Source of the DNA: Terriglobia bacterium
Lineage (GTDB): Bacteria > Acidobacteriota > Polarisedimenticolia > Polarisedimenticolales > JAIQFR01
Length of the DNA stretch: 64,000 bases
Direction of reading: 5' to 3'
Assembly (NCBI GenBank): GCA_963748015.1
Contig: CAVVHE010000004.1
Location: 463,427 to 527,426 of the forward strand
Below the pieces are notes generated by a model. That model saw only the letters and a list, made by a program, of their open reading frames with translations. It searched no databases and was not told the DNA's origin. Each line of letters starts with the position of its first letter. Within the stretch, counting starts at the first letter, position 1. Shown in pieces: positions 39,891 to 52,785 of this stretch. Position numbers and translations under genes: made by a program.

Positions 39891-40362
39891 ATGCCCAGAC
39901 GAGGATATGTTCCGAAGCGGGAGGTGCTCCCGGATCCCGTCTACCAATCGCCGATGGTGACGAAGTTCATCAGCTGCCTGATGAACGACGGCAAGAAGTC
40001 GGTGGCCGAGGGGATCTTCTACGGCGCGATGAACATCGTGCAAGAGCGCGACGAAGGAAGACCCGGTCAAGATCTTCCGCAAGGCGCTGGACAACGTGAA
40101 GCCCGTGCTCGAGGTGAAGTCCCGGCGGGTCGGCGGCTCGAACTACCAGGTGCCCATCGAGGTCCGGCCCGAGCGGCGGACGGCCCTGGCGATCCGCTGG
40201 CTGATCGGGTACTCGCGAGAGCGGGCCGAGAAGTCGATGCACGAGAAGCTGGCGAACGAGATCCTGGACGCTTCGGCGCTCCGAGGCGGTGCTTTCAAGA
40301 AGAAGGAAGACACTCACAAGATGGCGGAGGCGAACAAGGCGTTCGCACACTATCGCTGGTAG
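39891..40362 (+). pseudogene. rpsG: 30S ribosomal protein S7 with a single +1 frameshift near 40059 (probably sequence error)
   Basis: The N-terminal part [20 protein letters not shown]... lies in one frame. ...[32 protein letters not shown]...AFAHYRW lies in the +1 frame. The length is 472 nt (3 x 157 + 1). Confidence 0.9.
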
Positions 40363-40413
40363 ACAGGCTCGAGCAAGGCGCTTCCCCCGGCGGGAGGCGA
40401 ACGGTTCTTTGAC

Positions 40414-42504
40414 ATGGCGCGGCAGACACCCCTCGAAAGGATCCGGAATATCGGCATCATGGCGCACATCGATGCCGGTAAGACCACTACGACCGAGCGG
40501 ATCCTCTTCTATACCGGAATCACCTACAAGATCGGTGAGGTCCACGAGGGGACCGCGACCATGGACTGGATGGTCCAGGAGCAGGAGCGGGGAATCACCA
40601 TCACCTCCGCGGCGACTACCTGCTTCTGGGACGACTACCGCATCAACATCATCGACACTCCCGGGCACGTGGACTTCACCGCGGAAGTCGAGAGGTCGCT
40701 GCGCGTCCTCGACGGGGCGGTGGCGGTCTTCTGCGCCGTCGGCGGCGTGGAGCCGCAGTCCGAGGCGGTCTGGCGGCAGGCGGACAAGTACCGCGTCCCG
40801 CGCATCGCGTTCGTCAACAAGATGGACCGGGCAGGGGCCGATTTCGACCGCGTCTGCAAGATGATGACCGACCGGCTCCACACGCGCCCCGTCCCGATCC
40901 AGATCCCGTGGGGCGCCGCCGAGACGTTTCGGGGCGTGATCGACGTGATCGAGATGCGCGCGATGGTCTGGCCGGAGGAGGCGGGAAAGGCCGCGTTCGA
41001 GTTCGCCGATGTCCCGCCCGAGCTGGCGGACGCCGCGGCGGCCGCGCACGAGAAGGCCGTCGAGGCCGCCTGCGAGATGGACGACGCGCTCCTGGCGAAG
41101 TACCTGGCCGGCGAGAAGCTCGCTCCCGAGGAGATCCGGGAGGGGTTGCGGAAGGCGACCTGCTCGCTGCGGATGACCCCGGTCGTCTGCGGCGCCGCTT
41201 TCCGCAACAAGGGGGTTCAGCCGCTGCTCGACGCGGTCGTGCGCTACCTCCCGTCCCCGCTCGACATCCCTCCCGTCGAGGGGACCGACCCGGAGGGGGA
41301 AGGCACGCTCGTCCGCCCGCCCGACGACAAGGCGCCGTTCGCCGGGCTGGTCTTCAAGATCATGAGCGACCCCTACGTGGGCCAGCTCTCCTTCGTCCGG
41401 GTCTACTCCGGCTCCCTCGTGACGGGCCACCAGGTGTGGAACAGCGCCCGCCGGACGTCGGAGCGGATCGGGCGCCTCCTCAAGATGCACGCGAACAAGC
41501 GCGAGGAGATCAAGGACGTCTGGGCGGGAGACATCGCCGCCATCGTCGGCCTTCGGAGCGCGACGACCGGGGACACGATCTGCGACCCGAAGTCCCCGGT
41601 CCTGCTCGAGTCGATGGAGTTCCCGGAGCCCGTCATCCGCCTCGCGATCGAGCCGAAGACGAAGGCCGACCAGGAGAAGCTCAGCCAGGGGCTCACCAAG
41701 CTCCTCCAGGAAGACCCGACCTTCCGCGTCCAGACCGACGCCGAGACCGGGCAGACCCTGATCGCCGGGATGGGGGAGCTGCACCTCGAGATCCTTGTGG
41801 ATCGGCTGCAGCGGGAGTACGGCGTCGCGGCCAGCGTCGGGCAGCCGCAGGTCGCCTACCGCGAGACCATTCGCGGCGCGGCGGAGGCCGAGGGACGTTA
41901 CATCCGCCAGACCGGCGGGCGCGGGCAGTACGGCCACGTGAAGATCCGCATCGAGCCGCTCGGGCGCGAGGGCGGCTTCGAGTTCGAGAACTCGATCGTC
42001 GGCGGGTCGATCCCGAAGGAGTTCATCGGGGCGATCGAGGACGGCGCGCACGAGGCGATGGATGGCGGCGTGCTCGCCGGCTACGCGATGACGGACGTCA
42101 AGGTCGATCTCTACGACGGCTCGTACCACGAGGTGGACTCCTCGGAAATGGCCTTCAAGATCGCGGCGTCCATGGCCTTCAAGGAGGCGTGCCGCAAGGC
42201 CGGCGTGATGCTCCTCGAGCCGGTCATGCGACTCGAGGTGGTGGTTCCCGACGAGTACATGGGAGAGGTCATCGGCAACCTGAACGCGAGCCGCGGCCGG
42301 ATCCAGAGCATCGAGTCCAGGCCGGGGCTCCAGGCGATCCAGGCGATGGTGCCCCTGAAGGAGATCTTCGGGTACGCCACCGATCTCAGGTCCATGACGC
42401 AGGGACGTGGGAATTACACGATGCACTTCTCCCACTACGAAGAGGTTCCCAAGGCGATCAGCGAGGAAGTGGTTTCCCGGGTGACGGGGACGGCCCGGCG
42501 CTAG
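40414..42504 (+). CDS. fusA: Elongation factor G
   Basis: [22 protein letters not shown]. 696 aa, intact. Confidence 0.97.
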   Translation: MARQTPLERIRNIGIMAHIDAGKTTTTERILFYTGITYKIGEVHEGTATMDWMVQEQERGITITSAATTCFWDDYRINIIDTPGHVDFTAEVERSLRVLDGAVAVFCAVGGVEPQSEAVWRQADKYRVPRIAFVNKMDRAGADFDRVCKMMTDRLHTRPVPIQIPWGAAETFRGVIDVIEMRAMVWPEEAGKAAFEFADVPPELADAAAAAHEKAVEAACEMDDALLAKYLAGEKLAPEEIREGLRKATCSLRMTPVVCGAAFRNKGVQPLLDAVVRYLPSPLDIPPVEGTDPEGEGTLVRPPDDKAPFAGLVFKIMSDPYVGQLSFVRVYSGSLVTGHQVWNSARRTSERIGRLLKMHANKREEIKDVWAGDIAAIVGLRSATTGDTICDPKSPVLLESMEFPEPVIRLAIEPKTKADQEKLSQGLTKLLQEDPTFRVQTDAETGQTLIAGMGELHLEILVDRLQREYGVAASVGQPQVAYRETIRGAAEAEGRYIRQTGGRGQYGHVKIRIEPLGREGGFEFENSIVGGSIPKEFIGAIEDGAHEAMDGGVLAGYAMTDVKVDLYDGSYHEVDSSEMAFKIAASMAFKEACRKAGVMLLEPVMRLEVVVPDEYMGEVIGNLNASRGRIQSIESRPGLQAIQAMVPLKEIFGYATDLRSMTQGRGNYTMHFSHYEEVPKAISEEVVSRVTGTARR

Positions 42505-42534
42505 ATCGCGCCAGGCGCTGGAGGGACGGGAGCA

Positions 42535-43722
<1,188 letters not shown>

Positions 43723-43827
43723 CGGGAATCTCCCCTCGTTGCGCGGCTGCCCGGGCCGACGGCGGACCGGGAACGCGGGCAACGGCGGGAACCGAGACCC
43801 CCGGCGACGCCGGGGGGTGGGACGAAG

Positions 43828-44154
43828 ATGGTGAACGAGAAGATTCGCATCCGGCTGAAGGCCTACGACCACCGTATCCTCGACCAGTCCACGAGCGAGA
43901 TCGTGGATACGGCCAAGCGGACGGGGGCACGGGTGGCGGGTCCGATCCCGCTCCCGACGGTCCGAAACCGGTGGACCGTCCTCCGCTCGCCGCACGTGGA
44001 CAAGAAGTCGCGTGAGCAGTTCGAGATCCGGACGCACAAGAGACTGCTCGACATCCTCCAGCCGACGCCCGAGACGGTGGAGGCGCTCATGAAGCTCGAT
44101 CTCCCGGCGGGCGTCGACGTCGAGATCAAGGCGTTCGGTCCGTCGCAGTCGTAA
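43828..44154 (+). CDS. rpsJ: 30S ribosomal protein S10
   Basis: [17 protein letters not shown]. Confidence 0.96.
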   Translation: MVNEKIRIRLKAYDHRILDQSTSEIVDTAKRTGARVAGPIPLPTVRNRWTVLRSPHVDKKSREQFEIRTHKRLLDILQPTPETVEALMKLDLPAGVDVEIKAFGPSQS

Positions 44155-44224
44155 CCCGCGTGCCGTCCGAGGGACGGCGCCTGGAACCAACGGGGCAGCG
44201 CCCCCGCGTTCCACGAGGTCGAAG

Positions 44225-44881
44225 ATGGTCGAAGGAATGATCGGAAAGAAGCTGGGGATGGCCCAGATCTTCCTCGCGGACGGCACGCTGGTGGGCGTGA
44301 CCGTTCTCGAGGCGGGGCCCTGCGTCGTCGTTCAGCGGAAGACCGCGGCCAAGGACGGCTACGAGGCGGTGCAGCTCGGACTCGTGGACCCGAAGGCCGG
44401 GAAGGGCTCGAACAAGCCCACCCGCGGCCACCACGAGAAGGCGGGCGTGCCGCCCACCCGGCTCCTGCGCGAGTTCAATCTCGAGCCGGGCGCCGACCTG
44501 AAGCCCGGCGACCGCGTCCTCGTCGATCTGTTCCAGGACGTGACCAAGGTCGACGTCATCGGAACGTCGAAGGGAAAGGGATTCCAGGGGGTCATGCGGC
44601 GGCACAATTTCAGCGGGGGCGCCTCGAGCCACGGCTCGATGTTCCACCGCGCCCCGGGCTCGATCGGTGCGTCGGCGTTCCCGTCCCGAGTGTTTCCCGG
44701 GATGAAGGGGCCCGGCCACATGGGAGACGTCCGGGTCACCGTGAAGAACCTGAAGGTCGTGCGCATCGACGCGGAAAAGAACCTGCTGCTGGTGAAGGGG
44801 GCCGTGCCCGGTCCCGCCGGCGCCAAGGTCCTGATCCGCAAGTCGAAGGGCGCCGCGACCGCGACCGCGGCGAAGGCGTAG
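44225..44881 (+). CDS. rplC: 50S ribosomal protein L3
   Basis: [10 protein letters not shown]...[17 protein letters not shown]. Confidence 0.96.
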   Translation: MVEGMIGKKLGMAQIFLADGTLVGVTVLEAGPCVVVQRKTAAKDGYEAVQLGLVDPKAGKGSNKPTRGHHEKAGVPPTRLLREFNLEPGADLKPGDRVLVDLFQDVTKVDVIGTSKGKGFQGVMRRHNFSGGASSHGSMFHRAPGSIGASAFPSRVFPGMKGPGHMGDVRVTVKNLKVVRIDAEKNLLLVKGAVPGPAGAKVLIRKSKGAATATAAKA

Positions 44882-44894
44882 GGCGGAGGCGGCG

Positions 44895-45524
44895 ATGTCC
44901 CAGATCACCGTACGCAACTGGAAGAACGAGGCGGTGAGGACGCTCGAGCTCGACGACGCGGTCTTCGCGTATCCGCTCAAGGAGCACCTCATCTACGAGG
45001 CGGTCTGCGCCTACCGGGCGGCCGCCCGGGCGGGGACCCACAAGACCAAGAACCGGAAGGAAGTCTCCGGCGGCACCAAGAAGCTGTGGCGCCAGAAGCA
45101 CACGGGCCGCGCGAGGATGGGCGACAACCGGTCCCCGCTGTGGAGGCACGGCGGAACGGTGCAGGGACCGGTCCCGCGCGACTACACGTGGGACTTCCCG
45201 AAGAAGATGCGCCGCAACGCCGTGAAGTCGCTGCTGGCCCAGAAGCTGCGCGACGGACACCTGCTGTGCGTCGAGGGGTTCGAGGTCCCGTCCCACAAGA
45301 CGGCGGAGCTCGAGAAGGCGGTCGCCGGCGGGCTCGGCGTGAGCGGGAAGGCGCTCCTGATCCCCTCCGACGCGGAGAGGAACCTGGACCTCGCGGCGCG
45401 GAACAACCCGCGTCTCAGGGTGGTCCGGGCGCTGGGAGTGAGCGTCGTGGACCTCTTGGATCATGACACGGTCATCGTCTCCGAGCCTGCGTTGATGCGG
45501 CTCGCCGAGGTGCTGGCGCGATGA
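44895..45524 (+). CDS. rplD: 50S ribosomal protein L4
   Basis: 209 aa, L4-like (GTHKTKNRKEVSGGTKKLWRQKHTGRAR). Confidence 0.95.
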   Translation: MSQITVRNWKNEAVRTLELDDAVFAYPLKEHLIYEAVCAYRAAARAGTHKTKNRKEVSGGTKKLWRQKHTGRARMGDNRSPLWRHGGTVQGPVPRDYTWDFPKKMRRNAVKSLLAQKLRDGHLLCVEGFEVPSHKTAELEKAVAGGLGVSGKALLIPSDAERNLDLAARNNPRLRVVRALGVSVVDLLDHDTVIVSEPALMRLAEVLAR

Positions 45525-45814
45525 AAACGGCGCATCAGAAGATCAAGCAGCCCCTGATCACGGAGAAGTCCACCCTGCTCCGCGACGCGAACGGCGTGTA
45601 CTGCTTCAAGGCCGACGTCCGCGCGAACAAGATCGAGATCGGCCGCGCGATCGAGAAGCTGTTCGGCGTCAAGGTGGTCGAGGTGAGGACGGCGAGGGTC
45701 AAGGGGAAGGTCCGGCGCATGGGCCGCCTTCTCAGCAAGGCGCCCGACTGGAAGAAGGCGTGGGTCCGGCTGGCGCCGGGCGAGAAGGCTATCGAGTTCT
45801 TCGAGGCCACCTAG
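45521..45814 (+). CDS. rplW: 50S ribosomal protein L23
   Basis: ATGA overlap with rplD. 97 aa, L23-like. Confidence 0.95.
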   Translation: MKTAHQKIKQPLITEKSTLLRDANGVYCFKADVRANKIEIGRAIEKLFGVKVVEVRTARVKGKVRRMGRLLSKAPDWKKAWVRLAPGEKAIEFFEAT

Positions 45815-45835
45815 GCCGGGAGCCGGAGAGTTCAC

Positions 45836-46657
45836 ATGGCGATGAAAACCTACAAGCCGACCACCGCCGGAAAGCGATTCGCGACGGTCGTGGCTCGCGA
45901 GACGACGGTCAACGCGCCCCACAAGCCTCTTCTCGAGAAGAAGGACCGGACCGGGGGCAGGGACAACCGTGGCCTGCTCTCGGTGCGCCACCGTGGGGGC
46001 GGGCACAAGCGCCGCTACCGGATCATCGATTTTCGCCGGGACAAGATCGGCATCCCCGCGACGGTCGAGACGATCGAGTACGATCCGAATCGCTCGGCGA
46101 ACATCGCGCTCCTGTGCTATGCCGACGGCGACCGGCGGTACATCCTGGCCCCGGAGGGGCTGGCCGTCGGCGCGAAGATCGTGTCGTCGCCGGAAGCGGA
46201 CATCGTCGCGGGCAACGCGCTGCCGCTGTCGGCCATCCCGCTCGGCACGGCGATCCACAACATCGAGCTGCGCCCGAAGAAGGGGGGGCAGCTGGTGCGG
46301 TCGGCGGGGACGGGCGCGCAGCTGATGGCGAGAGAGGGAGAGCACGCGCTCGTGAGGCTGCCCTCCGGCGAGACGCGGAAGATCCGCGTCGAGTGCTACG
46401 CGACCGTCGGGCAGGTGGGGAACATCGAGCACGAGAACGAGAGCGTCGGGAAGGCCGGGCGGAACCGCTGGCGGGGATGGCGGCCGACCGTTCGCGGAGT
46501 GGCGATGAACCCGGTGGACCACCCGCACGGCGGCGGCGAGGGAAAGACCTCGGGCGGGCGGCCGTCGGTGACGCCGTGGGGCGTGCCGACGAAGGGGAAG
46601 AAGACCCGGAACAATCCGCGCACGGACGCCTTCATCGTCCGGCGCCGCAGCAAGTAG
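45836..46657 (+). CDS. rplB: 50S ribosomal protein L2
   Basis: [16 protein letters not shown]...[13 protein letters not shown]. Confidence 0.97.
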   Translation: MAMKTYKPTTAGKRFATVVARETTVNAPHKPLLEKKDRTGGRDNRGLLSVRHRGGGHKRRYRIIDFRRDKIGIPATVETIEYDPNRSANIALLCYADGDRRYILAPEGLAVGAKIVSSPEADIVAGNALPLSAIPLGTAIHNIELRPKKGGQLVRSAGTGAQLMAREGEHALVRLPSGETRKIRVECYATVGQVGNIEHENESVGKAGRNRWRGWRPTVRGVAMNPVDHPHGGGEGKTSGGRPSVTPWGVPTKGKKTRNNPRTDAFIVRRRSK

Positions 46658-46672
46658 GGCGAGGGCGCAGCC

Positions 46673-46978
46673 ATGGCGCGATCGATTGCAAAGGGGCCGT
46701 TCGTGGACGTTCACCTCAAGAAGAAGGTGGACGACCTCAACAAGCGGAACGAGAAGAAGGCCATCAAGACGTGGTCCCGGCGCTCCACCGTCGTGCCCGA
46801 CATGGTCGGCCACACGATCATGGTGCACAACGGGAAGAAGTTCATTCCGGTGTACATCACCGAGAACATGGTCGGGCACAAGCTCGGGGAGTTCTCTCCC
46901 ACCCGGACGTTCAAGGGTCACGGCACGAAGGGCGACAAGACCGCGTCGGTCGCAGCCGCCCCGGCTCCGCCGAAGTGA
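46673..46978 (+). CDS. rpsS: 30S ribosomal protein S19 (short C-terminal extension)
   Basis: [12 protein letters not shown]...[32 protein letters not shown]. Confidence 0.96.
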   Translation: MARSIAKGPFVDVHLKKKVDDLNKRNEKKAIKTWSRRSTVVPDMVGHTIMVHNGKKFIPVYITENMVGHKLGEFSPTRTFKGHGTKGDKTASVAAAPAPPK

Positions 46979-46994
46979 CGCGGGGAGGCAGACG

Positions 46995-47369
46995 GTGATC
47001 GCACGAGCGAAGCTGAAGTACCTGGGCGTCTCGGCGCAGAAGACCAGGCTCGTGGTCGACCAGGTGCGCGGTAAAAACGTCGGGGACGCGCTGGCGGTCC
47101 TCCACTACTCTCCCAAGCTGGTCGCGAGGGACCTCGAGAAGGTGGTCCGGTCGGCGCTGGCGAACGCCCAGCAGAAGGACCCCAAGATCGACGTGGACCG
47201 ACTCGTGATCTCGAAGGCGACCGTCGACGAGGGACCGCCCAACAAGCGGATGCGCGCGCGGAGCATGGGGCGGATCTACCGGATTCTCAAGAAAACGTGT
47301 CACGTGACCATCGACCTGGCGGCCGCCGACGAGCCGGGTCGCCGACCGCACGCCGCGGCGCGGAGGTAG
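46995..47369 (+). CDS. rplV: 50S ribosomal protein L22
   Basis: Internal GTG 46995 of ORF 46686-47369, after [29 protein letters not shown]. Confidence 0.93.
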   Translation: MIARAKLKYLGVSAQKTRLVVDQVRGKNVGDALAVLHYSPKLVARDLEKVVRSALANAQQKDPKIDVDRLVISKATVDEGPPNKRMRARSMGRIYRILKKTCHVTIDLAAADEPGRRPHAAARR

Positions 47370-47373
47370 GATC

Positions 47374-48027
47374 GTGGGTCAGAAGGTCCACCCGTACGGC
47401 TTCCGGCTAGGGTTCAACAAGACTTGGCGCTCCCGCTGGTACGCGGAGAAGAAGTACGCCGAGCTCCTTCACGAGGACCTGGTGCTCCGGGCCGACCTCA
47501 AGAAGCGGCTGGGGCACGCCGGCGTGTCGGCCATCGAGATCGAGCGGGCCGCCAACAAGCTGAAGGTGAACATCCTCACCTCCCGCCCGGGGATCATCAT
47601 CGGACGGAAGGGAGCCGAGGTCGACCGGCTGAAGGACGAGATCCGCAAGCGGACCAAGCGCGACGTCTTCATCAACATCCTCGAGATCGACAAGCCGGAG
47701 ATCGACGCGCAGCTCGTGGGCGAGGCGATCGCCATGCAGCTCGAGAAGCGAGTCGCGTTCCGCCGCGCGATGCGGAAGTCGGTCGAGTCGGCCATCCGGT
47801 TCGGCGCGAAGGGGATCAAGGTCAGGGTCGGCGGCCGCCTCGCGGGAGCCGAGATCGCACGCGCGGAGTGGTACCTTGAAGGACGTCTGCCCCTGCACAC
47901 GCTGCGGGCCGAGGTGGACTTCGGCTTCGCGGAGGCGAGAACCACTTACGGGATCATCGGGATCAAGGTCTGGATCTTCCGGGGCGAGTCCCGCGAGATC
48001 CGCGTCCCCGAGGACGCGCGCCGCTAA
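47374..48027 (+). CDS. rpsC: 30S ribosomal protein S3
   Basis: GTG start. [12 protein letters not shown]. Confidence 0.96.
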   Translation: MGQKVHPYGFRLGFNKTWRSRWYAEKKYAELLHEDLVLRADLKKRLGHAGVSAIEIERAANKLKVNILTSRPGIIIGRKGAEVDRLKDEIRKRTKRDVFINILEIDKPEIDAQLVGEAIAMQLEKRVAFRRAMRKSVESAIRFGAKGIKVRVGGRLAGAEIARAEWYLEGRLPLHTLRAEVDFGFAEARTTYGIIGIKVWIFRGESREIRVPEDARR

Positions 48028-48060
48028 TCCGGCTCGGACACTGCGGGAAGGGTCGAACTC

Positions 48061-48471
48061 ATGTTGATGCCCAGCAAGGTCAAGTTCAGGAAGCAGCAGC
48101 GGGGCCGCCGTTGCGGCAAGGCCCTGACGGGCTCCACGGTCAGCTTCGGCGATTTTGGCCTCAAGGCGCTCGAGGCGGGGTGGATCACGGCCCGCCAAAT
48201 CGAGGCCAGCCGGGTCGCGATGACCCGTTTCGTCAAGCGCGGCGGCAAGGTCTGGGTCCGGGTGTTCCCGGACAAGCCGATCACCAAGAAGCCCGCCGAG
48301 ACCCGCATGGGGAAGGGCAAGGGCGCCCCCGAAGCGTGGGTCGCGGTGGTGAAGCCCGGGAAGGTCCTGTTCGAGATGGAAGGGCTCGAGGAGAAGGTGG
48401 CCCGCGAGGCGATGCAGCTCGCGGGGCACAAGCTGCCGATCCGGACGAAGTTCGTCGTTCGGCAGGCCTAA
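48061..48471 (+). CDS. rplP: 50S ribosomal protein L16
   Basis: [16 protein letters not shown]...ETRMGKGKG. Confidence 0.96.
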   Translation: MLMPSKVKFRKQQRGRRCGKALTGSTVSFGDFGLKALEAGWITARQIEASRVAMTRFVKRGGKVWVRVFPDKPITKKPAETRMGKGKGAPEAWVAVVKPGKVLFEMEGLEEKVAREAMQLAGHKLPIRTKFVVRQA

Positions 48472-48490
48472 GCGGAAGGGAGCAGGGAGC

Positions 48491-48710
48491 ATGGCTCTTC
48501 AGGCATCGAAGCTCAGGAACATGGGCGCTCACGAGTTGGACAACGAGGAGGGGGAGATCCGCGACGCGATCTGGAAGCTCCAGCTCCAGCGCTCGACGGG
48601 CCAGATCACAGGACCCCAACAAGATGCGGGGGCTCAGGAAGGATCTCGCGAGGGTGCTGACCGTCCGCCGGGCCCAGGAACTGGCCGCCGGCTCGGGCCA
48701 GGGGCGCTGA
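48491..48710 (+). pseudogene. rpmC: 50S ribosomal protein L29 with a single +1 frameshift near 48608 (probably sequence error)
   Basis: MALQASKLRNMGAHELDNEEGEIRDAIWKLQLQRSTGQI lies in one frame. [25 protein letters not shown]... lies in the next. The length is 220 nt (3 x 73 + 1). Confidence 0.88.
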
Positions 48711-48720
48711 GGAGATGGGT

Positions 48721-49017
48721 ATGGCCGAGAAGAAGCGTGGAAAACCGGCCGCCAAGATCGGCGTGGTGGTCTCCGACGGGATGGACAAGTCGGTGGTGGT
48801 CCGGGTCGACCGGACCGTGCGCCACTCCGTGTACTCGCGGTACGTCCGCCGCTCGGCGAAGTTCATGGCGCACGACGAGAAGAACGAGTGCAAGGTCGGC
48901 GACACGGTCGAGATCCAGGAGACGCGACCGCTGTCCGCTCGGAAACGCTACCGGGTCCGAAGGATCCTGAAGCGCTCCGTGGGGACGGCCGACATCGCGA
49001 CGCGAAAGGCCGAATAG
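48721..49017 (+). CDS. rpsQ: 30S ribosomal protein S17
   Basis: ATG 48721 lies 6 nt after GAGGAG; the alternative ATG 48715 abuts the [23 protein letters not shown]. Confidence 0.93.
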   Translation: MAEKKRGKPAAKIGVVVSDGMDKSVVVRVDRTVRHSVYSRYVRRSAKFMAHDEKNECKVGDTVEIQETRPLSARKRYRVRRILKRSVGTADIATRKAE

Positions 49018-49040
49018 CCGTTTCCGGCGGAGGCACGACC

Positions 49041-49409
49041 ATGATTCAGATGAGGACGATCCTCGAGGTCGCCGACAACTCGGGGGCAAAGAAGATCTCC
49101 TGCATTCACCTTCGGGGAGGATCCGAGGGGAAGACCGCGGAGATCGGCGACATCATCACGGCGAACGTGAAGGAAGCGGCCCCGGACGGCAACGTGAAGA
49201 AGGGGCAGGTGGTGAGGGCGGTGGTGGTCCGGACGGTCAACGCGCACCGGCGCAAGGACGGGTCGTACATCCGTTTCGACCAGAACGCCGCCGTGCTGAT
49301 CAACGACGCGAAGGAGCCGATCGGAACCCGCGTGTTCGGGCCGGTCGCCCGCGAGCTCCGGGACAAGAAGTTCATGAAGATCGTCTCGCTCGCCCCGGAA
49401 GTCCTCTGA
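49041..49409 (+). CDS. rplN: 50S ribosomal protein L14
   Basis: Internal ATG 49041 of ORF 48888-49409. [18 protein letters not shown]. Confidence 0.96.
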   Translation: MIQMRTILEVADNSGAKKISCIHLRGGSEGKTAEIGDIITANVKEAAPDGNVKKGQVVRAVVVRTVNAHRRKDGSYIRFDQNAAVLINDAKEPIGTRVFGPVARELRDKKFMKIVSLAPEVL

Positions 49410-49436
49410 TCGGCGGGGAGCGTGGGGGAGAGCAGG

Positions 49437-49763
49437 ATGGCCAAGGCGCGCATCAGGAAGAACGACATCGTGGCGGTGATCTCGGGGAAGGACCGCGGGA
49501 AGCGGGGCCGGGTGCTCCGGGTCACGGCCGCGAAGGGCACGGTGATGGTGGAAGGGGTCAACGTCGTGAAGCGGCACACGAAGCCCAACCCGCAGAGGAA
49601 CATCAAGGGCGGGATCGTGGACCGCGAGGCCCCCATCAACATCTCGAACGTCGCGCCGATCGACCCCGAGAACGACCGTCCGACGCGGGTCGGGAGCAAG
49701 ACCCTCGGGGACGGGCAGCGGGTTCGGATAGCGCGGCGAAGCGGCGCGGTGCTCGATAAGTAG
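49437..49763 (+). CDS. rplX: 50S ribosomal protein L24
   Basis: [26 protein letters not shown] (KOW). An alternative start is GTG 49422. Confidence 0.93.
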   Translation: MAKARIRKNDIVAVISGKDRGKRGRVLRVTAAKGTVMVEGVNVVKRHTKPNPQRNIKGGIVDREAPINISNVAPIDPENDRPTRVGSKTLGDGQRVRIARRSGAVLDK

Positions 49764-49817
49764 CGGGAAACGACGCGGGTCCCGCCGCCTAGGCGCGGCG
49801 GCAACGCGGAGGGGAAG

Positions 49818-50359
49818 ATGGCGAGGCTGGCAGAGAAGTACAAGAGCGAGGTCGTCCCGGCGCTCACCAAGGAGTTCGGGTACAAGAGCGTCATGGCGGT
49901 GCCTCGGGTGAAGAAGATCGTCGTGAACATGGGCGTGGGCGAGGCGATCTCGGACGCGAAGCTGCTGGACCAGGCCGCGGACGAGCTCGCCACGATCACG
50001 GGGCAAAAGCCGTCGATCACGCGCGCGCGGAAGTCGATCGCGAACTTCAAGCTGCGGGCCGGGATGGCGATCGGCTGCCGGGTGACGATGCGCGGCCGGA
50101 GGATGTACGAGTTCCTGGACCGGTTGATGAACCTGGCGATGCCCCGGGTACGCGACTTCCGCGGAGCTCCCCCCGGGCATTCGACGGGCGAGGCAACTAC
50201 ACGCTCGGGATTCGCGACCAGCTCATCTTTCCCGAGATCAACTACGCCAAGGTCCAGAAGGTGAAGGGCATGAACGTCTGCGTGGTGACGACGGCGAGGA
50301 CCGACGAGGAGGCCAAAGCGCTCCTCACCCACCTCGGCATGCCGTTCCGGAAGAACTAG
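49818..50359 (+). pseudogene. rplE: 50S ribosomal protein L5 with a single -1 frameshift in a C6/G3 run at 50169-50177 (probably sequence error)
   Basis: The N-terminal 118 aa are L5-like up to MPRVRDFRG. ...[26 protein letters not shown]...GMPFRKN continues in the -1 frame to TAG 50357-50359. The length is 542 nt (3 x 181 - 1). Confidence 0.9.
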
Positions 50360-50376
50360 GGTCGGAGGACGAGGAC

Positions 50377-50562
50377 GTGGCGACAACCGCATGGATGGCC
50401 AAGACCCGGAAGAAGCCGAAGTTCGCGGCGAGGCAGCACAACCGCTGCCGGCGCTGCGGCCGGTCGCGAGGCTACCTCAGGAAGTTCCAGTTGTGCCGGA
50501 TCTGTTTCAGGAATCTGGCACTGGAAGGGGCGCTGCCCGGCGTCACCAAGTCGAGCTGGTGA
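50377..50562 (+). CDS. rpsN: 30S ribosomal protein S14, zinc-binding Z type (61 aa)
   Basis: [22 protein letters not shown]. Confidence 0.95.
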   Translation: MATTAWMAKTRKKPKFAARQHNRCRRCGRSRGYLRKFQLCRICFRNLALEGALPGVTKSSW

Positions 50563-50599
50563 GGAAACTCGCGAGACGCGGGGACTGGAGGCGAAGACG

Positions 50600-50998
50600 A
50601 TGAGTATGACGGACCCCATCGCGGACCTGCTGACCCGGATCCGGAACGGGCAGATGGCGAAGCACAAGAGTGTCGACGTGCCTTCGTCCAGGATGAAGGT
50701 CGCGATCACGAAGATCCTCAAGGACGAGGGTTACATCGACAACTTCAAGGTGGTCGAGGACGAGTGCCAGGGGATCCTCAGGGTGAACCTGAAGTACGGC
50801 TCGGCCGGCGAGAAGGCCATCACCGGCCTCGAGCGGGTCAGCCGCCCCGGTCGACGCGTGTACTGCGGGAAGGATGGAATCCCGCGGGTGCTCGGAGGGA
50901 TGGGGATCACCATCCTCTCGACCCCGATGGGTGTGCTCACGGGCTCGGCCTGCCGGCGCCTCGGCGTCGGCGGCGAGATCCTGTGCAACGTGTGGTAG
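50600..50998 (+). CDS. rpsH: 30S ribosomal protein S8
   Basis: [22 protein letters not shown] lies 8 nt upstream. Confidence 0.96.
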   Translation: MSMTDPIADLLTRIRNGQMAKHKSVDVPSSRMKVAITKILKDEGYIDNFKVVEDECQGILRVNLKYGSAGEKAITGLERVSRPGRRVYCGKDGIPRVLGGMGITILSTPMGVLTGSACRRLGVGGEILCNVW

Positions 50999-51026
50999 AG
51001 CCGGAAGACGGCCGGAGACCCAAGCA

Positions 51027-51566
51027 ATGTCTCGAATCGGCAAGCTTCCTATTCCGCTGGTTCCGGGGGTCAAGGTGACCATCGGGACCGACCTGGTCAC
51101 CGTGCAAGGACCCAAGGGGGCCCTCACCCAGGCGCTTCCTCCCGGAATCACCGCGGAGGCGGAAGGCGAGCGCCTGCTCGTGAAGCGCAAGGACGACTCG
51201 AAGCGGATGAGGGCGCTGCACGGGCTGTCCCGCGCGCTCCTCGCCAACGCGGTCAACGGGGTGACCAAGGGTTTCACGCGCGAGCTCGAGATCCAGGGCG
51301 TCGGCTACCGCGCCCAGGTCGCGGGCAAGGCCGTGAACTTCAGTCTCGGATACACCCACCCGATCGATTTCCCGATCCCCGAGGGAATCCTGGTCGCCGT
51401 GGACCGCCAGACGAAGATCACGGTGAGCGGGGCGGACCGGCAGTTGGTCGGCCAGGTGGCCGCCAAGATCCGGGCGCTCCGTCCCCCCGACGTCTACAAG
51501 GGGAAGGGGATCCGCTACGTGGGCGAGGTGGTCCGAAAGAAGGCCGGAAAGACCGGCGCGAAGTAG
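51027..51566 (+). CDS. rplF: 50S ribosomal protein L6
   Basis: Internal ATG 51027 of ORF 50874-51566. [17 protein letters not shown]. Confidence 0.95.
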   Translation: MSRIGKLPIPLVPGVKVTIGTDLVTVQGPKGALTQALPPGITAEAEGERLLVKRKDDSKRMRALHGLSRALLANAVNGVTKGFTRELEIQGVGYRAQVAGKAVNFSLGYTHPIDFPIPEGILVAVDRQTKITVSGADRQLVGQVAAKIRALRPPDVYKGKGIRYVGEVVRKKAGKTGAK

Positions 51567-51585
51567 CGAGCGAGGGCACGGCGAG

Positions 51586-51951
51586 ATGGACACGACGATC
51601 GACAGAAGGAGCATTCGGCGCCGCATCCGCTACCGGATCCGCAACAAGATCCGGGGGAGCGCTGCGAGGCCGCGTGTCGCGGTGTTCCGGAGCGACAAGC
51701 ACATCTACGTGCAGGCGATCGACGACGACGCGGGGAGGACGCTGGCGCAGGCATCCACCGCGGAGCCGGAGCTCAAGGCGAAGGCGGCGACCGGGAAGAC
51801 CGCGGCCGCGAAGATCGTGGGAGGCGCGATCGCCGAACGGCTGAAGCAGGCGGGGATCGAGACCGCCGTGTTCGACCGGGGCGGCTTCCTGTACCACGGC
51901 CGCGTGAAGGCCCTCGCCGAGGCGGCTCGAGAGGCCGGGTTGAAGTTCTGA
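51586..51951 (+). CDS. rplR: 50S ribosomal protein L18
   Basis: [20 protein letters not shown]...[26 protein letters not shown]. Confidence 0.96.
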   Translation: MDTTIDRRSIRRRIRYRIRNKIRGSAARPRVAVFRSDKHIYVQAIDDDAGRTLAQASTAEPELKAKAATGKTAAAKIVGGAIAERLKQAGIETAVFDRGGFLYHGRVKALAEAAREAGLKF

Positions 51952-52025
51952 CGGGTTTTCCCGCGGCGGTGCGGGGGTCGGACGCGACCTCCATTCCGGC
52001 GCCGGGAAGCGTTTTGGAGGCAGTT

Positions 52026-52541
52026 GTGGTGGAGCGCGAACAGGGACCGATGGGCGAGTTGAAGGACCGGGTGGTCCACATCAACCGCGTGACCAAGGTC
52101 GTCAAGGGCGGAAAGAACTTCTCCTTCTCGGCGCTGATCGTCGTCGGAGACGGCAACGGCTGGGTCGGCTTCGCGTCGGGAAAGGCGAGAGAGGTACCCG
52201 CGGCGATCGCGAAGGGGGTCGAGCACGCGAAGCGGCGGCTCGTGAAAATACCCCTCATGGGGACGACCATCCCGCACACCGTGACCGGGCGCTTCGGGGC
52301 CGGCCGGGTCCTCCTCAAGCCCGCTTCCCCCGGAACCGGGGTGATCGCGGGCGGAGCGGTCCGTGCCGTCCTGGAGTCGGCGGGGGTGCAGGACATCCTG
52401 ACCAAGTCCCTCGGCACCGCCAACCCGTACAACGTGCTGCGCGCGACCATGGACGGACTCAAGCAGCTCAAGAACCCCGAGATGGTCGCCCGGACGCGCG
52501 GCAAGGACGCGACCGAGATGATGCAGGAGGCGTTGAGATGA
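52026..52541 (+). CDS. rpsE: 30S ribosomal protein S5
   Basis: GTG 52026 or 52029 follows GGAGG (52016-52020). [38 protein letters not shown]. Confidence 0.92.
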   Translation: MVEREQGPMGELKDRVVHINRVTKVVKGGKNFSFSALIVVGDGNGWVGFASGKAREVPAAIAKGVEHAKRRLVKIPLMGTTIPHTVTGRFGAGRVLLKPASPGTGVIAGGAVRAVLESAGVQDILTKSLGTANPYNVLRATMDGLKQLKNPEMVARTRGKDATEMMQEALR

Positions 52542-52765
52542 CGGCGAAGAAGGCGAGCGCCGCCGCCATGCTCGAGGCGCGGCAGGTCCGCAGCGGGATC
52601 TGCTGCAACAAGACCCACAAGGCGACCCTCAGGGCGCTGGGCCTGGGGAGGATCGGCCGTGTCCGGACGCTGCCCGACAACGACCAGGTTCGCGGCATGA
52701 TCGCCAAGATCCCGCATCTCGTGGAGATCGTGGGAGAGCGCCCGGCGACCGGCCGGGCGCGCTAG
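52538..52765 (+). CDS. rpmD: 50S ribosomal protein L30
   Basis: ATGA overlap with rpsE. 75 aa. [13 protein letters not shown]. Confidence 0.9.
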   Translation: MTAKKASAAAMLEARQVRSGICCNKTHKATLRALGLGRIGRVRTLPDNDQVRGMIAKIPHLVEIVGERPATGRAR

Positions 52766-52785
52766 ACCATCGAGAGGACGGGACG

